A DNA stretch of 43,579 nucleotides, from the IMG/VR virus record IMGVR_UViG_2671181030_000006. The stretch is one strand, 5' to 3'. The position numbers and the translations under genes are program-made. The notes beneath the pieces were generated by a model. It had not been told where the DNA came from. It saw only the letters and a program-made list of their open reading frames with translations, and searched no databases. The stretch is from a virus. Lineage: Duplodnaviria; Heunggongvirae; Uroviricota; Caudoviricetes. Shown here one piece after another: positions 17,760 to 27,216 of the stretch. Numbering within the stretch: the first letter of the stretch is position 1; every line of letters starts with the position of its first letter.

Positions 17760-18038
17760 ATGACCAGAATGAGCACCATTTACAGCAGACTTTCATATGG
17801 AACAGGAACCACGCTGACCGGCTGCGGTGTATCAGCGAAGGCATATGCCGAAACAGCTAAAACAGCAAAAGAGGTGTCCTGGATGTTGGCCGACAGAATT
17901 GCAGGGTTAAGCCTGAGCGACTGGGCAATTATTGTCGGTATCGCATGCACTGTTATTACCTGTGCAGTGAACTGGTATTTCCGCTGGAAAGAACGGGAGG
18001 ATCGGCGCAATGGCTATGCCACCAAAGCTGAAGAATAG
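17760..18038 (+). CDS. Holin, pinholin (S21-like) type, with dual-start motif
   Basis: Seen: Shine-Dalgarno GGAGGTGAGG; MTRM dual start; hydrophobic core then [13 protein letters not shown], resembling recalled phage 21 S. Confidence 0.75.
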   Translation: MTRMSTIYSRLSYGTGTTLTGCGVSAKAYAETAKTAKEVSWMLADRIAGLSLSDWAIIVGIACTVITCAVNWYFRWKEREDRRNGYATKAEE

Positions 18039-18582
18039 CGTTATTGCAGCGATACCCGCTGGCGCTATTGCTATCGCTGCGGCGTTGATTACTGGCCCAA
18101 CGGGTAATGATGGCCTTGAAGGTGTACGCTATCAGCCTTATCGGGATGTTGTTGGAGTGTGGACTGTATGCTGGGGCCATACTGGTAAAGATATTATCCT
18201 CGGCAAGACCTACACCAAAGCAGAGTGCCAGGCGCTGCTGGATAAAGACCTGAATATTGTCGCCCGACAGATTAACCCATATATCAATGCTCCGATCCCC
18301 GAAACGATGAGAGGGGCGCTGTACTCATTTGCGTATAACGTAGGCGCGGGAAACTTCAAAACCTCCACACTGTTACGAAAAATCAACCAGGGTGATTCGA
18401 AAGGCGCATGCGAACAACTGCGGCGCTGGATCTATGCTGGTGACAAACAGTGGAAGGGTTTAATCACGAGGCGTGAGATTGAGCGTGAAGTTTGCCTGTG
18501 GGCAGAGAAACCTCAGGTTCTGGGGGATGGACTCGGGCCGCTTAACCCTGGCATTCCGGTATCAGTTCCGGGGGTATTCTGA
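18010..18582 (+). CDS. SAR endolysin (T4-lysozyme-like muramidase with N-terminal signal-anchor-release helix)
   Basis: Seen: N-terminal hydrophobic Gly/Ala-rich stretch ([18 protein letters not shown]) followed by a lysozyme-like region ([16 protein letters not shown]). Confidence 0.85.
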   Translation: MAMPPKLKNSVIAAIPAGAIAIAAALITGPTGNDGLEGVRYQPYRDVVGVWTVCWGHTGKDIILGKTYTKAECQALLDKDLNIVARQINPYINAPIPETMRGALYSFAYNVGAGNFKTSTLLRKINQGDSKGACEQLRRWIYAGDKQWKGLITRREIEREVCLWAEKPQVLGDGLGPLNPGIPVSVPGVF

Positions 18583-19118
18583 TGAAACCCAGAAAAATTA
18601 CGATTGTTGCGGTTCTGCTGGTGGCTGTCGTAATCATTATTGCAGTGCTTAGCGTATTACTGGTTCGTAGCCGCTCAGCTCTTGAAACAGAACAGAGTGA
18701 GAATCGGGTATTACGTAATGATAACGCGCTGCAGGCGACGGTGATAACTACACAGGCTTTCAACTTCAATCGGTTTAACCAGATAGCAGAGAACGCCAAC
18801 CGCCTTAACTCGCTGATCGATGCCGGTACTGAGAAAACTGTCATCGAATACCGGGAGATTCTCCGACGTGAAAAGACCTGTGATCTGCCTGTTCCTGCTG
18901 ATGTCGCTGGTGGGCTGCTCAAATACGCGTACCGTTTACGTGCCAGCGCAATGCACCCCGATACCGGGAACACTAACGCAACCGATGATAGTACCGCTGC
19001 CGCCAGCTCAATGACGTATTGCCAGGCCGTCCTCTGGATTGAACCTTTGCTGGCTGTTATTGAGAAGGGCAACAATAACCTGGCGGGTATACGAGAGATT
19101 GAGAAGTTACGAAAATGA
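18582..19118 (+). CDS. Rz-like inner-membrane spanin (i-spanin)
   Basis: Seen: N-terminal transmembrane helix then coiled-coil-like sequence; an embedded out-of-frame lipoprotein ORF is present. Confidence 0.75.
   Translation: MKPRKITIVAVLLVAVVIIIAVLSVLLVRSRSALETEQSENRVLRNDNALQATVITTQAFNFNRFNQIAENANRLNSLIDAGTEKTVIEYREILRREKTCDLPVPADVAGGLLKYAYRLRASAMHPDTGNTNATDDSTAAASSMTYCQAVLWIEPLLAVIEKGNNNLAGIREIEKLRK
18868..19014 (+). CDS. Rz1-like outer-membrane lipoprotein spanin (o-spanin), embedded in Rz in another frame
   Basis: Seen: GTG-start ORF (V)KRPVICLFLLMSLVGCS with lipobox LVGC and Pro-rich tail. Confidence 0.6.
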   Translation: MKRPVICLFLLMSLVGCSNTRTVYVPAQCTPIPGTLTQPMIVPLPPAQ

Positions 19119-19378
19119 ATAATGTCCGTTGACATTGTTAGGGTGATTCTCATTTAACAACCTCAACTGCTACATTACAGTGCTTCATCATGCAATTAGC
19201 TTTTTCACCAATGGCTTAGATCCAGTGAAAGTTACTGACGTTATCTAATGACAAGATGAACGTAGCTTTTGTGTAGTTTTTCAGCGAATAGGATTATCTG
19301 AATTTAGCATTTTTGGCTTGTATAAACTGTGGGTAAGTAGCTATAGTCACGTCATAGATAGTATTTTTGCATCTTTTT

Positions 19379-19402
19379 CAAGCCTCTTTTGAGGCTTTTT
19401 GC
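19379..19402 (+). terminator. Hairpin plus T-tract downstream of the lysis genes
   Basis: Seen: AAGCCTC-TTTT-GAGGCTT followed by TTTG. Confidence 0.4.
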
Positions 19403-19488
19403 ACATTTAAATATGACAACAATGGCACATATAGTATGTCCCCCTTGGCACAGGCACTATATGTAGCGCTATAAAAGGAGCTATCATT

Positions 19489-19689
19489 ATGACCCCAGCT
19501 GAGTTCTACGATGTTTACAATATCAAACCGGCAGAAATGTTGACTGGTGAAACTGTTAACAACTTCGCTTCTCGTGTAATGGCACAGCAAACTAGTACGA
19601 GTGGAAACACAGGTGTTTGGTACTCACAAGGTACCGCTACACAATCGAAGCAAAACCAAACTACAAGTCATCAACTTTACACGTACTGA
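19489..19689 (+). CDS. Hypothetical small Thr/Ser/Gln-rich protein, first gene of an AT-rich moron
   Basis: Seen: 66-aa ORF with strong Shine-Dalgarno AAGGAG. Confidence 0.55.
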   Translation: MTPAEFYDVYNIKPAEMLTGETVNNFASRVMAQQTSTSGNTGVWYSQGTATQSKQNQTTSHQLYTY

Positions 19690-19692
19690 TTT

Positions 19693-20595
19693 ATGCCTAA
19701 TTGGAGCGACGTACTGGGCGAGATAACGGCTCTCGCCCATAAAAGTCCTATGGATGAGGTTCGCCGTAAATACTTATCTCAACTTTCGAATCATACTGGA
19801 AGAAATGTAATCACATATTACTCAGGGTGGTTACAGCATGGTGGTGCAGAAGTACGCCATCTTACTCAGATGACTGATGATGATAAGAACGGGTTGATGA
19901 CAGCCATCAATGGTTTAGATGTATCAAAAGGGTTGGATTTGATACTTCATACTCCAGGTGGTGATATTGCCGCTTTGGAATCAATCGGGCATTACTTAAG
20001 GTCGAAGTTTGGAACTAACATCAGAGCAATTGTTCCTATGATTTCAATGTCCTGCGGAACTATGCTTGCATGTTGTGCCAATGAAATCATCATGGGTAAA
20101 CAGTCCAACATTGGCCCAATTGATCCTCAGTTCAACGGTTTCTCCACCCATGCCATCATTGAAGAATGGAATCGTGCGCAGACGGAAATTTTTCAAAATC
20201 CCGCAGCTGTTCAGATGTGGCAGTTCATTCTTCAAAAGCTAAACCCGACGATCATCGGCGAGTGTGAGAAAGCAATCAAATGGGCAAATGAGATTGTTAA
20301 GCATTGGCTTATGACAGGCATGTTTGATAATGATCCTGAGGCAGAATCAAAAGCAACACATGTTTGTTCAGAGTTAAACAACCATCACACAACCTATACC
20401 CACTCGCGTCATATTCATTTTGATAAGGCGCAGAAAATTGGGTTGAATGTTACCGAACTTGAAAGTGATCAAGTACTTCAAGATTTGGTTTTGACTATAC
20501 ATCACAGCTACATGCATTCTTTTGGTGGAGCACCACTGGCAAAAATCATTGAAAATCATAACGGTAACGCAATGATTTGGAATATCCAGTCTTAA
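19693..20595 (+). CDS. ClpP/S49-fold serine protease-like protein (SDH-proteinase-like), moron gene
   Basis: Seen: LHTPGGDIAALESI and IVPMISMSCGTMLACCANEI resemble the ClpP/SppA motifs (xSPGG and the catalytic-Ser GxSxG region). Family call is from memory of those motifs. Confidence 0.6.
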   Translation: MPNWSDVLGEITALAHKSPMDEVRRKYLSQLSNHTGRNVITYYSGWLQHGGAEVRHLTQMTDDDKNGLMTAINGLDVSKGLDLILHTPGGDIAALESIGHYLRSKFGTNIRAIVPMISMSCGTMLACCANEIIMGKQSNIGPIDPQFNGFSTHAIIEEWNRAQTEIFQNPAAVQMWQFILQKLNPTIIGECEKAIKWANEIVKHWLMTGMFDNDPEAESKATHVCSELNNHHTTYTHSRHIHFDKAQKIGLNVTELESDQVLQDLVLTIHHSYMHSFGGAPLAKIIENHNGNAMIWNIQS

Positions 20596-20614
20596 TCCCC
20601 CCTGTCTGATTCCA

Positions 20615-20638
20615 GCCTCGCCTATGCGGGGCTTTTTT
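20615..20638 (+). terminator. Intrinsic terminator after the protease moron
   Basis: Seen: 7-bp stem GCCUCGC/GCGGGGC (one G-U pair) with CUAU loop, followed by UUUUUU. Confidence 0.6.
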
Positions 20639-20746
20639 ACGCGTATTGCATACTCAAATCAAACTAGAGTCGTTTAGAAGAGAATTCAAAACGGCGGTCG
20701 GACCTGTGTTTTCTTATGGGTCCTCCCGGCGGGGTTGCCTACCACG

Positions 20747-20758
20747 GGGCGGCGCGCT
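20747..20758. other. Candidate cosN cohesive-end site (GGGCGGCGCGCT), with probable cosB sequences downstream
   Basis: Seen: GGGCGGCGCGCTCGCGGG lies about 100 bp upstream of the Nu1-like gene. Established knowledge (recalled): lambda cos overhang is GGGCGGCGACCT followed by CGCGGG. Confidence 0.55.
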
Positions 20759-20863
20759 CGCGGGAAACGGCTAGTTTTTCGGATCCAGGGTCATCATCAT
20801 CATGTGCGCAGGTCTTTGATTTAATTAGAGGCCATTTTCGCAACATGTCGAATCGTTCAAAAA

Positions 20864-21364
20864 GTGTTCACCATCATGGACCAGGAAATTGCCACTTTAA
20901 AACTCAATATCAACCAGCTGGCAGGGATAACCGGCGTACACCGTCAGACGGTTGCCGCGAGACTGAAAAATGTTGAACCTGCTCCAGGCAGCAATAGCAA
21001 GTTAAAGCTCTATCTGGTGACCGACATTCTGACCGAACTGATGATCCCTACCGTTTCGGCCAACATCGACGATATGCCCCCTTCTGACAGGCTGTCCCAC
21101 TGGAAAGCAGAGAACGAGAGGCTGAAGTTCGAACAGGATACGGGGCAGTTAATACCCGCAGATGAAGTGGCGCGAGAATTCTCATTGATGGCGAAAGCCG
21201 TCGTCATGGTACTTGAAACCCTCCCGGATGTGCTCGAGCGCGACTGTGCTTTAACGCCTGCTGCGGTAGTTCGTGTGCAAAGCGTTATCGATGATCTGCG
21301 CGACCAGATGGCGGAGAAGGTGCAGGACGCTGGAAAAGAGGAGGAGCAGCCTGAGGAGGACTGA
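20864..21364 (+). CDS. Terminase small subunit (Nu1-like)
   Basis: Seen: N-terminal HTH-like INQLAGITGVHRQTVAARLKN; acidic C-terminus; followed by the large subunit with overlapping start. ATG 20876 is an alternative start. Confidence 0.8.
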   Translation: MFTIMDQEIATLKLNINQLAGITGVHRQTVAARLKNVEPAPGSNSKLKLYLVTDILTELMIPTVSANIDDMPPSDRLSHWKAENERLKFEQDTGQLIPADEVAREFSLMAKAVVMVLETLPDVLERDCALTPAAVVRVQSVIDDLRDQMAEKVQDAGKEEEQPEED

Positions 21365-23466
21365 TGGCAAAGCGGGCATCCGCCAGGGACATCCGCCGCG
21401 ATGTTTCCGGTATTTTACGAGCCCCGCGTCGTATGCCGGTGGCCGATGCGGTCAGTACTTATATGCGCGTGCCAATGGGGGCGGGAAACTCAGTTCCGTG
21501 GGATCCGGATCTGGCACCCTATGTGATTGAGCCGATGAACTGTCTGGCATCGCGTGAATACGATGCGGTTGTGTTTGTGGGCCCAGCGCGAACGGGTAAA
21601 ACCATCGGGCTGATTGACGGCTGGATCGTTTATAACATTGTCTGCGATCCGGCAGATATGCTTGTAATTCAGGTATCTGAGGAAAAAGCGCGCGAGCATT
21701 CCAAAAAACGCCTGGACCGTACTTTTCGCTGTAGCCCTGAAGTTAAAACCCGGCTAAGCCCAAGACGTAACGATAACAACGTCTACGACCGTACATTCCG
21801 CGCCGGTAACTATCTGAAGCTGGGCTGGCCATCCGTCAATATCATGTCGTCCTCGGACTATAAAAGTGTGGCGCTGACGGATTATGACCGCTTTCCGGAA
21901 GATATCGACGGGGAGGGGGATGCTTTTTCACTGGCATCGAAACGAACCACGACATTCATGTCCTCCGGGATGACGCTGGTTGAGAGCTCGCCCGGGAGGG
22001 ATATCAGAGACACAAAATGGCGGCGCTCCACGCCCCATGAAGCCCCTCCGACCACCGGAATTTTATCGCTCTATAACCGTGGTGACCGCCGTCGTCTTTA
22101 CTGGCCATGCCCGCATTGCGGCGAATATTTCCAGCCGGAAATGGACAATATGACCGGATACCGCGACAGCAGCGATCCTGTGCTTGCCAGCGAAGCGGCG
22201 TTTCTTCAGTGCCCTGCCTGTAAAGGCAGGATCACACCGGACATGAAGCGTGCGCTTAACATGAAATGTGTCTGGCTCCGGGACGGGCAAACCATCGACA
22301 GGAAAGGCCTGGTTAGCGGTGATGGCCGTCGTTCCCGTATTGCCTCCTTCTGGATGGAAGGTCCGGCAGCTGCTTACCAGACCTGGGCGCAGCTTATTTA
22401 TAAGTTTCTGACCGCCGAGCAGGAATATGAATCCACGCGCAGCGAAGAAACCCTGAAGACGGTGATCAACACCGATTTCGGCAGGCCCTATTTGCCGCGA
22501 GCCAGCATGGAGCAGCGTAAAAGTGAATTGCTCGAGCAGCGTGCCGAAGACGTCCCAAAACGTTCGGTACCGAACGGCGTGCAGTTTCTCACTGCGACCG
22601 TGGACGTGCAGGCCGGGCGCAACCGGCGCTTTGTTGTGCAGATTACGGGTTATGGAAGTATGGGTGAGCGCTGGATAGTTGACCGTTACAACATCCGGCA
22701 TTCGCTGCGCTGCGACGGCAACGGTGAAAGCATTCAGGTGGATCCGGCGAGCTATCCGGAGGACTGGGATCTTTTACTCACTGACGTCTTTGATAAAACG
22801 TGGCCGCTCGCAGCTGACCCATCAAAGGGCATGCGGCTGATGTCGATGGCCGTGGACTCAGGGGGCGAAGATGGCGTGACGGATAATGCCTACAAGTTCT
22901 GGCGCAGATGTCGCCGTGAGGGGCTGGGTAAGCGTATCTATCTCTTCAAAGGGGACAGCGTCAGGCGCAGCAAACTTATCCAGCGAACGTTTCCCGACAA
23001 CACGGGCAGATCAACGCGCCGCGCACAGGCGACTGGTGATGTGCCTCTTTATCTTCTCCAGACCGATGCCCTTAAAGACCGGGTGAATAATGCGCTGTGG
23101 CGTGATTCACCCGGCCCTGGCTATGTGCATTTCCCCGCCTGGCTGGGCAGCTGGTTCTATGACGAACTGACGTATGAGGAACGCTCGAATGAAGGGAAAT
23201 GGAGTAAGCCCGGCCGGGGCGCAAACGAAGCATTTGACCTGCTCGTTTATGCCGACGCGCTCGCCATCCTTAGTGGTTACGAAAAAATCAAATGGCCGTC
23301 AGCTCCTGAGTGGGCACGGCGGGAAACGTGGATCGAGGACACGCAGACGGAAGCTGGCGAAATGCCATCCCCGCCGCCTGCGCCGAAATCTAAACCAAAA
23401 CCAAAACGTGAGAAGCCCGTAACCGAGCAGGCTAATCCGTGGTCTTCGTCAGGAGGTTGGGTGTGA
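21364..23466 (+). CDS. Terminase large subunit (lambda gpA family)
   Basis: Seen: 700-aa ORF with Walker-A-like VGPARTGKT and a Cys-rich CPHCGEY...CPACKG element. Inference from size and position. Confidence 0.88.
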   Translation: MAKRASARDIRRDVSGILRAPRRMPVADAVSTYMRVPMGAGNSVPWDPDLAPYVIEPMNCLASREYDAVVFVGPARTGKTIGLIDGWIVYNIVCDPADMLVIQVSEEKAREHSKKRLDRTFRCSPEVKTRLSPRRNDNNVYDRTFRAGNYLKLGWPSVNIMSSSDYKSVALTDYDRFPEDIDGEGDAFSLASKRTTTFMSSGMTLVESSPGRDIRDTKWRRSTPHEAPPTTGILSLYNRGDRRRLYWPCPHCGEYFQPEMDNMTGYRDSSDPVLASEAAFLQCPACKGRITPDMKRALNMKCVWLRDGQTIDRKGLVSGDGRRSRIASFWMEGPAAAYQTWAQLIYKFLTAEQEYESTRSEETLKTVINTDFGRPYLPRASMEQRKSELLEQRAEDVPKRSVPNGVQFLTATVDVQAGRNRRFVVQITGYGSMGERWIVDRYNIRHSLRCDGNGESIQVDPASYPEDWDLLLTDVFDKTWPLAADPSKGMRLMSMAVDSGGEDGVTDNAYKFWRRCRREGLGKRIYLFKGDSVRRSKLIQRTFPDNTGRSTRRAQATGDVPLYLLQTDALKDRVNNALWRDSPGPGYVHFPAWLGSWFYDELTYEERSNEGKWSKPGRGANEAFDLLVYADALAILSGYEKIKWPSAPEWARRETWIEDTQTEAGEMPSPPPAPKSKPKPKREKPVTEQANPWSSSGGWV

Positions 23467-23678
23467 ATCCAGCAGATATTCAAAACATGATCGACCGCTA
23501 TGCTGCAGCCGAGCTGTCTGTTCTGGAGGGGAAATCAATCACTTTCAACGGGCAGCAGATGACGCTCGAAAACCTGTCGGAAATCAGAAAAGGCCGTCAG
23601 GAATGGGAGCGACGACTGGCAACGCTCAATAACAAACGCCGTGGGCGACCCGGCTACAGGCTGGCGAGGTTTGGATGA
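23463..23678 (+). CDS. Head-tail joining protein (gpW-like)
   Basis: Seen: small ORF between terminase and portal; GTG 23463 preceded by AGGAGG; Arg-rich C-terminus resembling recalled lambda gpW. Confidence 0.65.
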   Translation: MNPADIQNMIDRYAAAELSVLEGKSITFNGQQMTLENLSEIRKGRQEWERRLATLNNKRRGRPGYRLARFG

Positions 23679-25174
23679 GTTTTTTAGATGATGCGATTGG
23701 CCTGTTTTCACCAGGCTGGAAAGCCTCACGCCTGCGTGCCCGCGCAGTTATTAAAGCGTATGAGGCGGTAAAGCAAACGCGTACCCACAAAGCCCAGAAG
23801 GAAAATCGTTCAGCCGATCAGCTCAGCCAGATGGGGGCGGTTTCGCTGAGGCAGCAGGCGCGCTGGCTGGATAACAACCACGATCTGGTGATCGGCGTTT
23901 TCGACAAGCTGGAAGAAAGGGTGGTGGGTGCGAAGGGCATCATAGTTGAACCGCATCCGATGCTGAGTAACGGGAAGATCGCTAAAAAGCTGGCCACTGA
24001 TATCCGCCGAAAGTGGGGCGAATGGTCCGTAAGGCCAGATGTCACAACCCAGTTTACCCGCCCAATGCTGGAGCGGCTGATGCTGCGAACGTGGCTCCGG
24101 GACGGTGAGGTATTTGCTCAGCTGGTTCGCGGTACCGGAAATGGTCTTCAGCCGGTTGCTGGCGTGCCGTTCTGGCTGGAAGCGCTGGAGCCGGACTTTG
24201 TGCCGATGAACAGCGATGCTGCCACCCAGCTCAATCAGGGCGTTTTTGTCGATAACTGGGGACGCCCGAAAAAATATCAGGTCTATAAAAGCCTGCCAGT
24301 ATCCGGGCGTCAGTTTGATACCAAAGAGATAGATGCAGAGAACATGCTGCATCTCAAATTCACCCGACGCCTGCACCAGACCCGCGGAACGTCTCTTTTG
24401 TCTGGTGTTCTGATGCGTCTGAGCGCGCTGAAAGAATACGAGGACTCGGAGCTTACTGCTGCCAGAATTGCTGCGGCACTCGGCATGTATATCAAAAAAG
24501 GCGACGGACAGAGCTTCGATTCTGATTCAAGCAGCGATGACCGCGAGCTGATGATTCAGCCCGGTATGCTCTATGACGAACTGCAGGCCGGGGAAGAAAT
24601 CGGGATGATTAAATCCGATCGCCCGAACCCTAACCTCGAATCTTTTCGTAACGGACAGCTGCGTGCCGTGTCCGCCGGCAGTCGCCTCAGCTTTTCCAGC
24701 ACATCCAGAAACTACAACGGAACGTACAGTGCCCAGCGGCAGGAGCTTGTCGAGTCAACCGACGGCTATCTGATTCTTCAGGACTGGTTCATCGGTTCAG
24801 TGACCCGGCCCATGTACCGGGCCTGGCTCAAGATGGCTATTGCTGCCGGAGAAATCAAGCTGCCGAGAGGCATTGATATGGACTCGCTTTATAACGCGGT
24901 TTATTCGGGGCCCGTTATGCCGTGGATTGATCCCGTTAAAGAAGCGAATGCCTGGAAAACGCAGATCCGCGGCGGTGCTGCTACTGAATCCGACTGGATA
25001 CGTGCCAGCGGTCGCAACCCGGATGATGTTAAGTCACGCCGTAAAGCTGAGGTTGACGAGAACCGTGAACAGGGCCTGGTGTTTGACACCGACCCCGCCA
25101 ATGATAAAGGAGGCACCAGTGCCGAAGCCAAAGAACCGGGCGCGCCACCGTCCGAAAGCCAGCGCAAAAAGTAA
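23675..25174 (+). CDS. Portal protein
   Basis: Seen: 499-aa ORF directly after W and before the protease-capsid gene. Inference from position and size. Confidence 0.85.
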   Translation: MSFLDDAIGLFSPGWKASRLRARAVIKAYEAVKQTRTHKAQKENRSADQLSQMGAVSLRQQARWLDNNHDLVIGVFDKLEERVVGAKGIIVEPHPMLSNGKIAKKLATDIRRKWGEWSVRPDVTTQFTRPMLERLMLRTWLRDGEVFAQLVRGTGNGLQPVAGVPFWLEALEPDFVPMNSDAATQLNQGVFVDNWGRPKKYQVYKSLPVSGRQFDTKEIDAENMLHLKFTRRLHQTRGTSLLSGVLMRLSALKEYEDSELTAARIAAALGMYIKKGDGQSFDSDSSSDDRELMIQPGMLYDELQAGEEIGMIKSDRPNPNLESFRNGQLRAVSAGSRLSFSSTSRNYNGTYSAQRQELVESTDGYLILQDWFIGSVTRPMYRAWLKMAIAAGEIKLPRGIDMDSLYNAVYSGPVMPWIDPVKEANAWKTQIRGGAATESDWIRASGRNPDDVKSRRKAEVDENREQGLVFDTDPANDKGGTSAEAKEPGAPPSESQRKK

Positions 25175-25187
25175 TTCGTGGTTCCGC

Positions 25188-27134
25188 ATGCAGGCCAGCA
25201 ATAACAGTGAGGCCGACATTTTTATTTATGACGAAATCGGGTACTGGGGCGTAACGGCGAAACAGTTCGTCAATGATCTCCGGGCACTTGGGGACGTCAC
25301 CCACATCAACCTTTATATCAACTCGCCCGGTGGTGATGTCTTCGACGGAATTGCTATTTATAACGCGCTGAAGCACCACGGCGCGGCGATTACCGTACAT
25401 ATCGACGGTCTGGCGGCCTCCATGGCCTCGGTGATTGCGATGGTAGGCAATCCGGTCATCATGCCTGAAAACACGATGATGATGATCCATAAGCCCTGGG
25501 GGTTTGCTGGTGGTGACGCGAGCGATATGCGCGACTATGCGGATCTTCTCGACAAGGTTGAATCCGTTCTTATCCCGGCTTATGCACAGAAAACCGGAAA
25601 ATCCACCGAAGAAATTGCGGCAATGCTGGAGGACGAAACCTGGATGAACGGCAGCGAGTGCCTTGAACTGGGTTTTGCCGACCAGGTGACACCATCCCTT
25701 CAGGCTATGGCCTGTATTCATTCAAAACGTATTGAGGAATTTGAAAAAATGCCAAAAAGCATTCGCAACATGATCACCCCGCCGCGCAACACTACCCAGC
25801 GTGACCCGGTTATTACCCAGCCTCAGGCACCGCAGGCAAAAACAGACCCGGCACCGGATGAAAATGCGATCCGCGCGCAGGTGTTGGCTGAGCAGAAAAC
25901 CCGTGTTAACGCTATCGGCGATCTCTTTGCCATGTTCGGTAATAAGCACATGGAACTGCAGAATCAGTGTGTGGCCGACCCTGATTGCTCCGTCGATAAG
26001 GCGAAAGATTTGCTGCTGGCAGAACTCGGTAAAACGGCCACGCCGTCCAATAAAACCACTCAGCCGCATATTCATGCGGGCAACGGTAACTTCGTCGCGG
26101 ATGGTATTCGCCAGGCACTGATGGCGCGTGCCGGGTTCGAAGGTCAGGAGCGGGATAACGTTTATAACGGTATGACGCTGCGCGAGTATGCGCGTATGGC
26201 CCTGACAGAAAAAGGTATCGGCGTGGCCAGCTACAACCCGATGCAGATGGTTGGCCTGGCGCTGACCCACAGCACCTCTGACTTTGGCAACATTCTGCTT
26301 GATGTTGCGAACAAAGCGCTGATTCAGGGCTGGGACGAGGCGCAGGAAACCTTCGAGCAGTGGACCAAAAAAGGCCAGCTGTCGGACTTCAAAACGGCGC
26401 ATCGTGTCGGTATGGGTGGGTTCCCTTCTCTGCGACAGGTTCGCGAAGGGGCTGAGTACAAGTACATCACTACCAGTGACAAAGGCGAAACCATCGCGCT
26501 TGCCACGTATGGTGAAATCTTCTCAGTAACTCGCCAGGCGATCATCAACGACGATCTGAACCAGCTTACCGACGTACCGATGAAGATGGGGCGCGCGGCG
26601 AAAGCAACGATTGGCGATCTGGTTTACGCCATTCTGACCAAAAACCCGAAACTCTCAGACGGAAAGGCGCTGTTCCATGCCGATCACAAGAACCTGAGCT
26701 CGGGTGCAATTTCTGTGGCCAGCCTGGACGAATCGCGCAAGCTGATGCGTCTGCAGAAGGAGGGGGAGCGAACCCTGAATATCCGTCCGGCCTACATGCT
26801 GGTGCCCGTCGCCCTGGAAACTCTGGCAAATCAGACCATCAAGTCGGCCAGTGTTAAAGGTGCAGACATCAATGCCGGGATCGTTAACCCTATCCAGAAC
26901 TTTGCAGAAGTCATTGCCGAACCACGTCTGGATGAAGCTGATGCGAAAGCCTGGTATCTGGCTGCCGCGAAGGGCACCGACACCATTGAGGTCGCTTATC
27001 TCAACGGCGTCGACACGCCATACATCGATCAGCAGGAAGGCTTCACCACTGATGGTATCGCCACGAAAGTGCGTATTGATGCTGGCGTGGCGCCGCTGGA
27101 CTATCGCGGCATGACCAAATCCTCTGGTCAGTAA
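25188..27134 (+). CDS. ClpP-like prohead protease fused to major capsid protein
   Basis: Seen: N-terminal ClpP-type region (YINSPGGDVFDGIAIYNAL...ASMASVIA...MIHKPWG) and a long C-terminal capsid-like domain. Alternative start GTG 25113, preceded by AAGGAGG, lies inside the portal 3' end. Confidence 0.8.
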   Translation: MQASNNSEADIFIYDEIGYWGVTAKQFVNDLRALGDVTHINLYINSPGGDVFDGIAIYNALKHHGAAITVHIDGLAASMASVIAMVGNPVIMPENTMMMIHKPWGFAGGDASDMRDYADLLDKVESVLIPAYAQKTGKSTEEIAAMLEDETWMNGSECLELGFADQVTPSLQAMACIHSKRIEEFEKMPKSIRNMITPPRNTTQRDPVITQPQAPQAKTDPAPDENAIRAQVLAEQKTRVNAIGDLFAMFGNKHMELQNQCVADPDCSVDKAKDLLLAELGKTATPSNKTTQPHIHAGNGNFVADGIRQALMARAGFEGQERDNVYNGMTLREYARMALTEKGIGVASYNPMQMVGLALTHSTSDFGNILLDVANKALIQGWDEAQETFEQWTKKGQLSDFKTAHRVGMGGFPSLRQVREGAEYKYITTSDKGETIALATYGEIFSVTRQAIINDDLNQLTDVPMKMGRAAKATIGDLVYAILTKNPKLSDGKALFHADHKNLSSGAISVASLDESRKLMRLQKEGERTLNIRPAYMLVPVALETLANQTIKSASVKGADINAGIVNPIQNFAEVIAEPRLDEADAKAWYLAAAKGTDTIEVAYLNGVDTPYIDQQEGFTTDGIATKVRIDAGVAPLDYRGMTKSSGQ

Positions 27135-27156
27135 AAAACAGTCCTGACAAACAGAC

Positions 27157-27176
27157 GCCCGTAAGGGCTTTTTTTA
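27157..27176 (+). terminator. Intrinsic terminator after the capsid gene
   Basis: Seen: GCCC-GTAA-GGGC followed by TTTTTTT. Confidence 0.5.
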
Positions 27177-27216
27177 TACCTGAAACCAGCCTCGAAAGGG
27201 GCTGAATGGAGAAGTT

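Noticed and set aside
16988-20638. Sequence similarity between the post-Q terminator (AGCCTCGGCAATCCGCCGGGGCTTTTTT) and the post-moron terminator (AGCCTCGCCTATGCGGGGCTTTTTT)
   Set aside because: Probably convergent terminator architecture (GC-rich stem plus T-tract) rather than a duplicated mobile element; too short to argue homology.
22063-22701. 212-aa minus-strand ORF inside the terminase large subunit
   Set aside because: Antisense to the terminase gene; shadow ORF.
25029-26402. Two minus-strand ORFs (230 and 226 aa) inside the protease-capsid gene
   Set aside because: Antisense to a gene with clear ClpP and capsid features; Arg/His-rich low-complexity translations.
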